A stretch of DNA of 64,000 nucleotides from an uncultured Planctomycetota bacterium. GTDB lineage: Bacteria > Planctomycetota > Planctomycetia > Isosphaerales > Isosphaeraceae. The notes beneath the pieces are model-generated. The model made no database searches, was not told the origin of the DNA, and saw only the letters and a program-made list of their open reading frames with translations. The DNA is taken from positions 1,792,001-1,856,000 of the forward strand of contig CAWGMQ010000005.1 in NCBI GenBank assembly GCA_963823665.1, written 5' to 3'. A program made the translations under genes and the position numbers. Numbering within the stretch: the stretch's first letter is position 1; the number at the start of each line of letters is the position of its first letter. Shown piece by piece: positions 19,711 through 29,254 of this stretch.

Positions 19711-21198
19711 ATGCCAAGAGCCATATTCGCCGCACCCCTCGTCTGCAGCCTGGCCTTGCCTGCCTTCGCGCAGGAGCCGAAAAAGGCTGCCCCCGCTCCA
19801 CGCCAGTTGACGGCGGCCCAGCAAGAGATCCAGAAAGCGACCCAGCGAGACCACAAGCTCATGATGGAGGCGCTGGGGATCAAGTCGCTGCGCGAGGGTG
19901 CAAACGGCAACAACCGCAATGCGCCCAACGCAGCCAATTACGACGAGTCGAAAGTCAAGGCATTCACGCTGCCCGATGCGCTCGTCTGCAAGGATGGGAC
20001 GAAGGTCACGAGCCCCGAACAGTGGTGGAGCAAGCGGCGGCCAGAGATCGTCGAGGACTTCGACCGCGAGGTTTACGGCCGAGTGCCCAAGGACGTGCCC
20101 AAGGTGACCTGGGAGGTGACAGGCACGACGAACGAGAAGATTGGCGACATACCGGCGATCACCAAGCGGCTTCTGGGGCACGTCGACAACACCAAGTTCC
20201 CGGAGATCAAGGTTGATATTCAGCTCACGCTGACGACGCCGGCCGAGGCCAAAGGGCCGGTGCCGGTGATGATGGAGTTTGGCTTCGGCGGTTTCGGCTT
20301 CCGTCCGGGCGGCCCACCCGGCAAGGCCGCCACCAAGAAAGCCGGCGACGCTCCGCAGACAAAGGCGATGACGAAAGGCGGAGGTTTTGGCGGTTTCGGA
20401 GGCGGCGGGCCGTCGTGGCAGCAGCAGGTGCTCGCCAAGGGCTGGGGTTATGCCATCATCGTTCCGAACAGCATCCAGGCCGACTACGGCGCGGGGCTGA
20501 CCAAGGGAATCATCGGCCTGTGCAACCAGGGCAAGCCCCGCAAGCCGGAGGACTGGGGATCCCTGCGCGCCTGGGCCTGGGGCGCGAGCCGGGCGCTTGA
20601 CTACTTCGAGACGGATAACGCCGTCGACGCCAAGCACGTCGGTATTGAAGGGCTCTCGCGGTACGGCAAGGCGGCGCTCGTCACGATGGCGTATGACGAG
20701 CGATTCGCGATCGGCTTTATCGGCTCTTCGGGTGAGGGTGGAGCGAAGCTGCATCGCCGCAACTTCGGCGAGCTGGTCGAGAACCTGACCGGCTCGGGCG
20801 AGTATCACTGGATGGCGGGGAACTTCATCAAGTACGGCGGCCCGCTGACGCCGAACGACCTGCCGGTGGACGCCCACGAGCTGATCGCGATGTGTGCACC
20901 GCGGCCGACATTCATCAGCTATGGGGCCGCTTCGGGTCCGGGAGCAGAGGGCCAGTGGGTCGACCAGCGCGGCAGCTTCCAGGCGGCAGTGGCGGCCGGC
21001 CCGGTGTTCAAGCTGCTGGGCAAGAAGGACCTGGGCACGTCGGAATTCCCTGAGGTCGAGACGGGACTCACCGAAGGTGAACTCGCCTTCCGGCAGCACA
21101 AGGGCGGGCACACGACCGGGCCGAACTGGCCGACGTTTCTGGCGTTTGCCGACCGGTATATCCAGGTTAAGAAAGCAACAGAGACGAGCGGAAACTAA
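19711..21198 (+). CDS. Carbohydrate esterase family 15-like (glucuronoyl esterase / acetylxylan esterase), secreted
   Basis: Signal peptide; NYDESK, RAWAWGASRALDY, GLSRYGK (G-x-S-R-x-G-K nucleophile motif), LPVDAHEL, GGH. Confidence 0.82.
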   Translation: MPRAIFAAPLVCSLALPAFAQEPKKAAPAPRQLTAAQQEIQKATQRDHKLMMEALGIKSLREGANGNNRNAPNAANYDESKVKAFTLPDALVCKDGTKVTSPEQWWSKRRPEIVEDFDREVYGRVPKDVPKVTWEVTGTTNEKIGDIPAITKRLLGHVDNTKFPEIKVDIQLTLTTPAEAKGPVPVMMEFGFGGFGFRPGGPPGKAATKKAGDAPQTKAMTKGGGFGGFGGGGPSWQQQVLAKGWGYAIIVPNSIQADYGAGLTKGIIGLCNQGKPRKPEDWGSLRAWAWGASRALDYFETDNAVDAKHVGIEGLSRYGKAALVTMAYDERFAIGFIGSSGEGGAKLHRRNFGELVENLTGSGEYHWMAGNFIKYGGPLTPNDLPVDAHELIAMCAPRPTFISYGAASGPGAEGQWVDQRGSFQAAVAAGPVFKLLGKKDLGTSEFPEVETGLTEGELAFRQHKGGHTTGPNWPTFLAFADRYIQVKKATETSGN

Positions 21199-21232
21199 AC
21201 GGCACTTCGCAACTTCGGGGAGCGCGAGGCAG

Positions 21233-21320
21233 GCCTGTTGAAAGCTTGTAATTCAACGAACGTCGATTTCTCGCCGCGTCTGTTGCGCAAAGCTTCCCCC
21301 CTCACGAAAGGGGGCATGGG
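21233..21320. repeat. Degenerate partial copy of the CTGTTGAAAA MITE-like repeat
   Basis: cctgttgaaag…gatttc…tgttgcgc…agcttcccccctcacgaaaggggg parallels the left half of 21324-21510. Confidence 0.55.
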
Positions 21321-21323
21321 GGA

Positions 21324-21510
21324 CTGTTGAAAACTCGCAGTATCAGGAGCGGAGATTTCCCGTCGCGAATGTTGCGCCAAGCTTCCCCCCCTTTAGAAGG
21401 GGGGGCCAGGGGGGGTCCGTCCCGGCGGCCGCCATCGCTAAAACGTCGCGCAACAGAAAACGCGGTATCGTTCGCCTCGAAATTCGCCGACACGCCCCGC
21501 TTTTCAACAG
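21324..21510. mobile_element. MITE-like repeat (~190 bp) with terminal inverted repeats CTGTTGAAAA…TTTTCAACAG and an internal C7-TTTAGAA-G7 hairpin
   Basis: Perfect 10-bp TIR; close relatives at 33112-33287 and 35314-35754. Confidence 0.7.
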
Positions 21511-22763
21511 CCCAGGCTAGGGGGGGTCCTCTCCAGCGCATCGTCGCCGCGAAGCCGTCTCGCAACAAAAACCGCACCACCATCGCGCGCCCGCCCCTGC
21601 TGGCACTGGTAATCGTCATCCTGGCAGCCGCCCACGCCCGAGGCGACGAAGGTCATTGGGTGGGAACATGGGCTGCCGCGCCTCAGTTGACCGAGCCCGG
21701 CAACATGCCGCCGGAACCAGGCCTTGCGGATGCAACCCTGCGCCAGGTTGTGCACGTTTCTCTGGGCGGGAAGCGGCTGCGTGTCCGGTTCTCGAATGCC
21801 TTCGGGACGAAGCCGCTCACGATCCTCACGGCGCACGTGGCCGGGTATGCCGGCGATGGCGCCATCAGGGCCGAAGGGGGCAAGCCGCTCACGTTCGGAG
21901 GGCGGGTCTCCGTGACGATTCCGACCGGGGCACCGATGGTCTCGGACGCCCTCGAGTTTGAGCTGGCTCCGCTCTCGGATCTGGTGGTGACACTACGCGT
22001 GAAGGATCCGGCACGTGCGGTCACCGGTCATCCGGGGGCGCGCTGTACGTCGTGGCTGACGCGGGGGGACGCGTTGCTGGAACCGGTGCTGCCGAAGGCG
22101 GCTCGCACACAGCACTGGTATTACCTTTGCGGGGTGGACGTCGAGGCCCCATCAGAAACCGCGGCGGTTGCTGTGCTGGGGGATTCGATCACGGATGGGA
22201 GGGGTTCACCGACGGATGGCAACGGGCGCTGGACGGACCATCTCGCACGGCGGTTGCAGGAGCGCGGCGGGGCGGCCGTCGGCGTTTTGAATCTGGGGTT
22301 GGGGGGCAACCGCATTTTGAATGATGGGCTGGGGCCGAATGCGCTGGCGAGGCTGGACCGCGATGCGCTAGCGCAGCCCGGCGTGCGCTGGCTGATCGTG
22401 CTGGAGGGGATCAACGACCTGGGGACGCGCTCGGCCACGGCGCGCGATCTGATCGCTGCGTACGATCAGATCATCATCCGCTGCCACGCGCGAGGCATCC
22501 GCGTCTACGCGGGAACGATCCTACCGTGCGGCAACTCGTTCTACTTCAACCCGGGGCTCGAGGCGGCGCGGCAGGAGGTTAACGCGTGGATCCGCAACTC
22601 GGGTCGTTTTGACGCGGTCATCGACTTCGATGCGGCGACTCGGGATCCCCAGAAGCCGCCGAACCTTTCGGCTGCGGTAGATGGGGGCGACCATTTGCAT
22701 CCCGGGCCGGAAGGTTACAGGATCATGGCGGGGTCCATTGATCAGAGGTTGTTCGGGAAATGA
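21369..22763 (+). CDS. SGNH/GDSL hydrolase (secreted); true start uncertain because the 5' end runs into the MITE
   Basis: HWVGTWAAAP, TLRQVVHVSLGG, LGDSITDG, GINDLG, DGGDHLHP. Confidence 0.88.
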   Translation: MLRQASPPLEGGARGGPSRRPPSLKRRATENAVSFASKFADTPRFSTAQARGGPLQRIVAAKPSRNKNRTTIARPPLLALVIVILAAAHARGDEGHWVGTWAAAPQLTEPGNMPPEPGLADATLRQVVHVSLGGKRLRVRFSNAFGTKPLTILTAHVAGYAGDGAIRAEGGKPLTFGGRVSVTIPTGAPMVSDALEFELAPLSDLVVTLRVKDPARAVTGHPGARCTSWLTRGDALLEPVLPKAARTQHWYYLCGVDVEAPSETAAVAVLGDSITDGRGSPTDGNGRWTDHLARRLQERGGAAVGVLNLGLGGNRILNDGLGPNALARLDRDALAQPGVRWLIVLEGINDLGTRSATARDLIAAYDQIIIRCHARGIRVYAGTILPCGNSFYFNPGLEAARQEVNAWIRNSGRFDAVIDFDAATRDPQKPPNLSAAVDGGDHLHPGPEGYRIMAGSIDQRLFGK

Positions 22764-22875
22764 CGAAGTGGACACAGCCCGTCCCCAGGTGGATAGAAGC
22801 CCTGGACCACGTCGCAATCATTTTCGCAACGCTTGCGCTCGCATTCGTCCACCATTCGTGCAGATAGCTCCCGCC

Positions 22876-23011
22876 GACCCCCTAATCCATGGTCATCAGC
22901 GTCATCTCCTTGCAGCAAGCACACTTACGGATGACCATGGTTTTGCGAGCGAAAAGCGACTCGAACTAACTCTCGATGATGTCATCACTTGCGGATGACG
23001 ATAGCTTTTGC
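22876..23011. repeat. ~130-bp palindromic element, copy A
   Basis: CGTCATCTCCTT-N11-ACTTACG-GA-TGAC at 22900-22935, second half-site at 22987; CCATGGTCATC/GATGACCATGG inverted repeat. Confidence 0.6.
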
Positions 23012-23024
23012 AGCCCCGGGCACC

Positions 23025-23363
23025 TCAGGCTCCCTGAATGAACGCCACAGTGCCCCGACACGATCTGACTCCTTGCGGGCGCCAGTTGTCGAGCTGCTCG
23101 GGGCGGATGTCGATCGGCTTGGTGAAGAGAACCTCTTCGGGATACTCCAGTGCGTAGACACCGCGCCAAGGTCGAGCATCCTCATCGCTATCCTTCGGAG
23201 GCTTCTTCGAAGAGCCCATCGGCGGTTGTCCGAAGTTCGGCTCCCCGATTAGAAAGAGCCTCAAGGCTTCTTCGACAACGGCTTCCTCGTTCGGGAACTG
23301 GCCGTTCTCGACCTTCTTTTTGAGAAGCCGTTGGAGGTCGTCGGTGAGAGCGATGTTCATCAT
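23025..23363 (-). CDS. Ribbon-helix-helix / ParD-like antitoxin-type protein, no adjacent toxin
   Basis: MNIALTDDLQRLLKKKVENGQFPNEEAVVEEALRLF fits the ParD/CopG pattern (L…G.Y/F…EVV.EALR). Confidence 0.7.
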   Translation of the reverse strand: MMNIALTDDLQRLLKKKVENGQFPNEEAVVEEALRLFLIGEPNFGQPPMGSSKKPPKDSDEDARPWRGVYALEYPEEVLFTKPIDIRPEQLDNWRPQGVRSCRGTVAFIQGA

Positions 23364-23508
23364 GGTGAGTCTTGCCAACCGCTGGGGCTCCGGATGGCGA
23401 CTTGCGTGATTCCATCCGCTAGTTTACCGCAGAAAGCCTCGTGTTGGCAAAACCGAGGTCTTGCCGAGCCAGGCCCGCTTGAGCGAAACCAAGCCCAGTC
23501 ACTGACGT

Positions 23509-23900
23509 GCTGGCGCAGCCCGGCGTGCGCTGGCTGATTGTGCTTGAGGGGGTCAACGACTTGGGCACGCACTCCGCCACGGCGCGCGACCTGATTGCTG
23601 CTTATGAGCAGATCATTCCGCGCTGCCACGCGCGGGGGATCCGAGTGCACGGGGGAACAATCCTGGCATGCGGAGGATCGTTCTATTTCAACCCGGGGCT
23701 CGAGTCTGCGCGGCAGGAGATCAACGCGTGGATCCGTGACTCGGGGCGGTTTGACGCGGTCATTGACTTCGATGCCTCGACCAGGGATCCACTCAAGCCC
23801 GCGAGCCTCTCAGCCGTGGTCGACGGTGGCGATCATCTGCATCCAGGGCCCGAGGGCTACAGAATCATGGCGGCGGCGGTTGATCATAGGTTGTTCGGCA
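23509..23900 (+). pseudogene. Diverged duplicate of the 3' ~390 bp of the SGNH hydrolase gene
   Basis: LAQPGVRWLIVLEG…HRLFGK aligns without gaps to 22368-22760; no 5' part. Confidence 0.9.
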
Positions 23901-24043
23901 AATCTTCCGCCGCACGGGTGGAGATAGGAATACCAGTCCGCTTCGCGTCGGTCCCCCGTGAAATACTCGAACCCCAGCGCCTGCCGGAGTCCCGGAACAC
24001 TTGCGCTCACCTTCGTGCCGCAATCGTGGGAACAGCTCCCGCA

Positions 24044-24165
24044 GACCCCCCAAAACGGCGTCATCTCCTTTCTAAAACAGGAGTTAGGAATGACGACGTT
24101 TTTCGAAGCCGAAAAACTTTCGAAGCAACTCTCGAGCCCATCGACACTTACGAATGACGACGCGT
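24044..24165. repeat. ~130-bp palindromic element, copy B
   Basis: CGTCATCTCCTT-N11-AGTTAGG-AA-TGAC at 24059-24094, second half-site ACTTACGAATGAC at 24146; AAAACGGCGTCAT/ATGACGACGTTTT stem. Confidence 0.6.
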
Positions 24166-24351
24166 CCCCGAGCCACGGACGTCGCACTCAATTCTCTTCA
24201 CCTGGTCAGTTTGTAGTCCCCTCAGCATTCCTCCGCCGCAGGCAGCGGTGGGACGCGCGCGGATAAGACCGTACATCCCAGCTTCAGGGGCGGTGAGTTC
24301 CCCTGTCGCCTCACTCTCGGCCGGCCGAGTCACCCCTGCAATACCAATTCA

Positions 24352-24490
24352 TACCCCCCAAAACGCCGTCATGGCCGTCAGCGCCTTACTGTGATTGGAC
24401 TTACGTCTGACGGCCCCTCTCTGACCCTGGCACGTGAATCGACACATCTCTTTTCAGGCGGGACACTTACGCCTGACGGCGTTTTTGCCG
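24352..24490. repeat. ~130-bp palindromic element, copy C
   Basis: CGTCAGCGCCTT-N11-ACTTACG-TC-TGAC at 24376-24411, second half-site ACTTACGCCTGAC at 24465; AAAACGCCGTCA/TGACGGCGTTTT stem. Confidence 0.6.
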
Positions 24491-25513
24491 GAACCCCCCA
24501 CTCCCCCCTGGTTCGCAGGCATTTCGGCGAGCCTGAACGCTCCCGCCCGCCGTTCGCTCCGCGAAAGTGCGTCCGGCATGCCTCCCGCCCTTGTCGCGGA
24601 GGTCTCGCCGCATGCGCCGGGGGCTGGTCGGCGAGGCCAAAAACTCTACGTCCGGCCGTCCACCCCGACCGACCACTTCGTTTTGTACATTCGTCGCGCG
24701 TCCTTACACGACAAAGGTTAACGGAACGCACTCGCTCGGTCGAGATGGCGAGCCAAGGCCTGAATTCGAAGCCGAAACCTCGCCCGTGACCACGTCGCGT
24801 TGGTCCAAAATCGCCATGGAGCGCCCCGCGAAGCGCTCCACCACCCGAATCCGGGCCGGCCGCCCTCCGCAAGTGCCCATGCGAAAACAGCTTCGGCCGA
24901 TCCATCGGCCTCTTGCCCCATGGATCAAAATGATCACAAATGATACCAAAAACCCAACCTCCTCGCCTACGTCCTCGCTCGAAGTCGGGTGCCCAGACCC
25001 TGCGCTCACCGGATGACATGGGAAAGCCGCCGGGCTCCACGCAGCCATCCCGCCGAGCGGAACAGCCTGCTTGGTTCTCGGAGCGAATCTCAGCCTCTTT
25101 GCTCATGTCACAATCTGGAATTGAATGTCACTCTGTTCGTGAAGTTGACCGCTGTTCTCACGTCGAGTGGAGTGGGACGAGGAAGTCGGAAAGGAGAGGA
25201 AGCCACCGCGCCAGCATCGCGCGTTCGGCCCTACGTATAATATGCGACGGGTTTCGTCTCTCGGCAATAAACACCTCCAAATAAACTGCAATCACTCAAT
25301 CGAGACGGCTGCAACTTCACGAGATACGGCTTTGCGCGATTTCTTTGTTAATTGTGAACACGCGGTCGAATCAAAACGCGGTCCGACTCCGTGAGCCCAC
25401 CGGCGTCAATCATCCGTCGCACTCGTCACAAGACCCGGCCAGTCACCATGGTGCCGACAACTCGATCCACGCCACGGCAACCGAACGGAAACCGCCGGGC
25501 GCACTCATTCAAT

Positions 25514-26740
25514 TCACGAGATCCTGACCGACAGGCGAGCGCCGTCGCGGCACAACGATTGGAAAAACCCCTCGTACTGCTCCGCGAGTTTGTCGCCATC
25601 CCAGCGCTTCGCCTCAGCGAGCGCCCGTCTCCGGTGCTCTGCCTCGAATTCCGCGTCGTCCCACAGCCGTTCGATCGCAGCCACCCACGGCGCGACCTCT
25701 TGCGCGGTCGGCACCACGTTGCCGGCTGGTGTGCAGCGATCAGGGATCGCGAAGACGAAACCGGCGTCGCCCAGGGTCTCGGGTAACGCGCCTCGATCGC
25801 TGGCCAGTACGGGAATCCCATTCGCCATGGCCTCAATCGGCACGCGGCCGAGCGACTCCCGCCAGAGGGATGGCATCAGCACCACCCTGCTCACCCGATA
25901 AAAATCACGCGGATCGGGCGTATTGGCCATGCGGTGCAAGTTGGTCAGCCCCGAGAGATCAACCGGTAACCCCGCCAAGCCGTCAGCGGTACCGCGGCCC
26001 TCGACGACCAGCAACGGGATATCCGGCCGCCGCCGGCCGAGTTCGAGCGCAATCCGCGCAAAGACGGCGGCTCCTTTTTCCGGCTGGGGGTTGATGAACG
26101 TCACGTATTGCGGCTCGGGGTTCTCGGCAATGACTTTATCGAGCCGGATCGGGTCAGGAATGACAACGCCGTCGATTCCGACCCGGCGCGTGTAGAGTCG
26201 CCTCGAATACTCTGACGGAAAGATGATGGCATCGACGTCCTCGAAGCCGCGTCGGTCGTTATAGCCGAAATTGTGCTGGTGAAAGACGACCGCAATGCCT
26301 TTTGCTCTTGCCTTGAGCATCAGCGATCGGCTAACCGGATGACCGCCATAGGTCAGCAAAATCTCAGGGCGAAATCGATCGAGCACCGTAGTGGCCAGGT
26401 CGAGGTACATTGCCCCCTCCCGCGGATTGGGTGCCTTATCGGCGCGGCTAGACGATGTGGGCAAGATCGTGACGCGCACACCGTCGACCTCTAGATCGAA
26501 GACCTCGGCTTCGCCCCCAAGGCTGAGCGCCGCGCCCGACCGCCCAGTCGGCCGCTCGATTGAAGCTAGAACATCGTCGATGGGCGTTTCATTCTGGTAA
26601 TCGAGCACGCCGCAGGTGAATGCGCGGCAGTCCCAGCCTCGCGCGGCCAGCAGTTCCAGCAATTCGCGGGTGGCTATCGCGGCACCGCCCGACGGATCAA
26701 GATAGCTGTGAATCGACGCAAAGAGTAAGCGGTGACCCAT
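25514..26740 (-). CDS. Glycosyltransferase family 4 (GT-B fold)
   Basis: INPQPEKG, VLMPSLWRESLGRVPIEAMANGIPVLASDRGALPETLG (E-x7-E motif); GGAG RBS. Confidence 0.92.
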   Translation of the reverse strand: MGHRLLFASIHSYLDPSGGAAIATRELLELLAARGWDCRAFTCGVLDYQNETPIDDVLASIERPTGRSGAALSLGGEAEVFDLEVDGVRVTILPTSSSRADKAPNPREGAMYLDLATTVLDRFRPEILLTYGGHPVSRSLMLKARAKGIAVVFHQHNFGYNDRRGFEDVDAIIFPSEYSRRLYTRRVGIDGVVIPDPIRLDKVIAENPEPQYVTFINPQPEKGAAVFARIALELGRRRPDIPLLVVEGRGTADGLAGLPVDLSGLTNLHRMANTPDPRDFYRVSRVVLMPSLWRESLGRVPIEAMANGIPVLASDRGALPETLGDAGFVFAIPDRCTPAGNVVPTAQEVAPWVAAIERLWDDAEFEAEHRRRALAEAKRWDGDKLAEQYEGFFQSLCRDGARLSVRIS

Positions 26741-26795
26741 GAGAAATTCTCCAACTCGATTGTTGAACGTCTCGCGAACAGAGGAGGTGGATGCG

Positions 26796-26897
26796 ATGGA
26801 TCATAGCGACGTCGTGACACGGGCGGTGGCGGGGGACCTGCGCACGTTGGAGCGCCGCGTCTACTCGCAGAATGGCGGTCCCTTCGTGGAAATCTAG
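26796..26897 (+). pseudogene. 33-codon remnant of an FkbM-like methyltransferase N-terminus
   Basis: GAGGAGG RBS, then MDHSDVVTRAVAGDLRTLERRVYSQNGGPFVEI*; resembles the 'ERKVYSQNGEDG…FVEIG' start with the middle missing. Confidence 0.5.
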
Positions 26898-26901
26898 GCG
26901 C

Positions 26902-27626
26902 TTACAGACCCAGATGCTTCGCTGCCTCGGTGTCTCCGGGGCATTCCACGAGCACCGCGCGCCATTGCTGCCGCGCCTCGTCCAGGTCACCCCGCTGCTG
27001 TGCCAGCGCCGCCAGATTCCGCCGCGTGAGGTGGCCGTAAATCCCTTGATCCAAACTCGCAAACCTCCGCGGCCGCGACAGCGTCAAGATCCGCCGCCAG
27101 CACTGCTCCGCCTCCGCCGATTGGCCGAGACCTCGATGCACAACCGCCTTGCGAAACAGCAGCTCAGCATCTTCCAGGTCAAGCGAAAGCCCCTCCGCGC
27201 AGCTAGCCAACGCCGCTGGAAAATCCCGCAGCATCTGATGACACCGCGCGATGTTCGCATACAGCTTGCGCACGATCGAATCCGTCGGCGCCGAGGCCGC
27301 CAGGCTGCGTTTGAAGTATCCGAGCGATTCGTTCCACTCCGCCCGCTCGATCGCGATCGACCCGAGATTAAACAGCGTGAAAGCATCGTTCGGCCGTTCG
27401 GCCACCTCCTCTTGCAAAATGCGTGAATCCCGCTCGAGCTTCCGCAACCGCAAGGCCCTGTCAGCATACCCCGTATGGCGCACCGTGATATCAGTCCACT
27501 CCACCGGCACCCCAGCCCATTTCAACGCCGGCAGAATCTGCTCATGAACGCGGTATGTCCAGCGCACGCCTTCGATCACAGGAAAGAGCCGAATATGATC
27601 AACCACAGTGTCGCCGCCCGCACCGT
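26902..27626 (-). pseudogene. 3' part of GT2 glycosyltransferase with TPR repeats, 5' end cut off by IS3
   Basis: HIRLF…RWTYRVHEQI…VRHTGY…RKLERD then TPRs (FTLFNLG, AELLFRKA); frame runs into the IS3 left end. Confidence 0.85.
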
Positions 27627-27697
27627 TGTCCTGCCTCACCTGAAAATAGAATGTCGCGCCGGTTGGGTTATAATTAACCCTATCGGAGGTGAGTTCC

Positions 27698-28015
27698 ATG
27701 AGACAGTCGCGCCGGCATTTCTCAGCGCCGCAAAAGGCTCAAATCGTCCGTCGCCATATCAGTGGCAAAGAGCCTGTTTCCAACTTGGCCGATGAGTTCG
27801 GCCTTCAACCCAGCCAGATCCACAACTGGATTAAGCAGGTACTCGACCAGGCCGAGCATGCTTTGGAGCGCGCAGCAGGCCGTCCGCCCCGCGCAGAGCG
27901 GCTTCAAGCGAAGCTCGTCGAGCGGCTCCAATCCAGTCTCGTCAAGAAGAACGAGGTCATCGCCGAGCTGATGCAGGAGCACGTCCAGCTAAAAAAAGAA
28001 CTTGGGGAACTCTGA
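27698..28015 (+). CDS. IS3 OrfA (HTH)
   Basis: RRHFSAPQKAQIV, LADEFGLQPSQIHNW; GGAGG RBS; slippery AAAAAAAG at 27991-27998. Confidence 0.9.
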   Translation: MRQSRRHFSAPQKAQIVRRHISGKEPVSNLADEFGLQPSQIHNWIKQVLDQAEHALERAAGRPPRAERLQAKLVERLQSSLVKKNEVIAELMQEHVQLKKELGEL

Positions 28016-28980
28016 ACGGAGCCTGGGTTCCCCACGACACGCGTGACCAGGTCGTCGACTACGTCAAGCATTGGGTCGACCGCACGGAGCTTCCGGCTCG
28101 TCAGCTCCTGAGTTGGCTCGGCCTGGGCACAAGTAAGTTCCACGACTGGAAGCACCGTTACGGCAAAGTCAACGAGCACAACGGCAAGGTCCCGCGCGAT
28201 TGGTGGCTCGAGGACTGGGAAAAACGAGCCATCGTCGATTTTCACGATCGCCATCCTCTCGAAGGATATCGCCGCTTGACCTTCATGATGCTCGACGACG
28301 ACGTGGTGGCCGTCAGCCCAGCGAGCGTCTATCGCGTGCTCAAGCAAGCGAACCGGCTCGATCGCAGGCGGTTCTCACCGTCGAAGAAGGGAACCGGCTT
28401 CGTGCAACCACTGGTGCCTCATGAACACTGGCATGTGGACATCTCTTACATCAACGTCTCGGGGACGTTTTACTACCTGACGAGCGTGCTGGACGGTTGC
28501 AGCCGATACATTGTGCACTGGGAGATTCGTGAGAGCATGACCGAGCGCGAAGTCGAGACAATCATCCAGCGGGCGTTGGAGCGGCATCCAGGAGAAAAGC
28601 CACGGATCATCAGTGACAATGGCCCGCAGTTCATTGCCCGGGATTTCAAGGAATTCATCCGGCTGACGGGCATAACGCACGTTCGGACGAGCCCGTATTA
28701 TCCGCAATCGAACGGAAAACTTGAGCGCTGGCACGGCAGTTTGAAACGCGAGTGCGTACGGCCAGCGGCGGTGTCTTCGTTCGATGAGGCTCTACGTCAC
28801 ATTGCATCATATGTGGATCACTACAATAATATACGGTTGCATAGCGCGTTAGGTTATTTGACCCCAGCCGACAAGTTGATCGGGCTGGAAAAAGAAATCT
28901 TCGCTGAGCGTGACCGCAAGCTGGAGGAGGCGCGCGAGCGTCGAGCAACAGTTAGACACGGGTCACAAGAGGTTGCGTGA
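27991..28980 (+). CDS. IS3 OrfB DDE transposase (expressed by -1 frameshift at A7G)
   Basis: EGYRRLT, WHVDISY, LDGCSR, SDNGPQF, PQSNGKLERWHGSLK, YNNIRLHSALGYLTP. Confidence 0.92.
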   Translation, partial: KKRTWGTLNGAWVPHDTRDQVVDYVKHWVDRTELPARQLLSWLGLGTSKFHDWKHRYGKVNEHNGKVPRDWWLEDWEKRAIVDFHDRHPLEGYRRLTFMMLDDDVVAVSPASVYRVLKQANRLDRRRFSPSKKGTGFVQPLVPHEHWHVDISYINVSGTFYYLTSVLDGCSRYIVHWEIRESMTEREVETIIQRALERHPGEKPRIISDNGPQFIARDFKEFIRLTGITHVRTSPYYPQSNGKLERWHGSLKRECVRPAAVSSFDEALRHIASYVDHYNNIRLHSALGYLTPADKLIGLEKEIFAERDRKLEEARERRATVRHGSQEVA

Positions 28981-29254
28981 AGATCGCGGACGAGCTACAA
29001 ACGATGTTGACCTGGGCGGAGGATAGGGCACTGCTGAGGAGCACCCCGAGCGCCGAGCCAGGGGCCAAGACCGGAGCCAGAGCCGAGCATACCTCGGCTC
29101 TGCGCTCTCTCCTCGATCGCAGCACGACAGCTCCGGGATTGGCACCAATGCGACAAACCTTCGCGGCACGATGCCGCGACATCCAGGCCACGATGCCGTT
29201 CCCCATTCATTTACGCCAATCGGACGAAATTCCATTTCACGGTGAACCAAGACA

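Larger units (their letters stand above)
27627..29254 (+). mobile_element. IS3-family insertion sequence (1628 bp), no target duplication
   Basis: IRL TGTCCTGCCTCACCTGAAAATAGAATGTCG vs IRR (rc) TGTCTTGGTTCACCGTGAAATGGAATTTCG; TG…CA ends; orfA/orfB organisation. Confidence 0.92.

Noticed and set aside
24500..25500. Possible genes or ncRNA in the 1-kb gap
   Set aside because: ORFs are low-complexity in all frames and I recognise no tRNA, riboswitch or other RNA family; left unannotated
28977..29254. N-terminal half of the 241-aa ORF as part of a real gene
   Set aside because: Lies inside the IS3 right end; only the part after 29254 looks like a genuine protein
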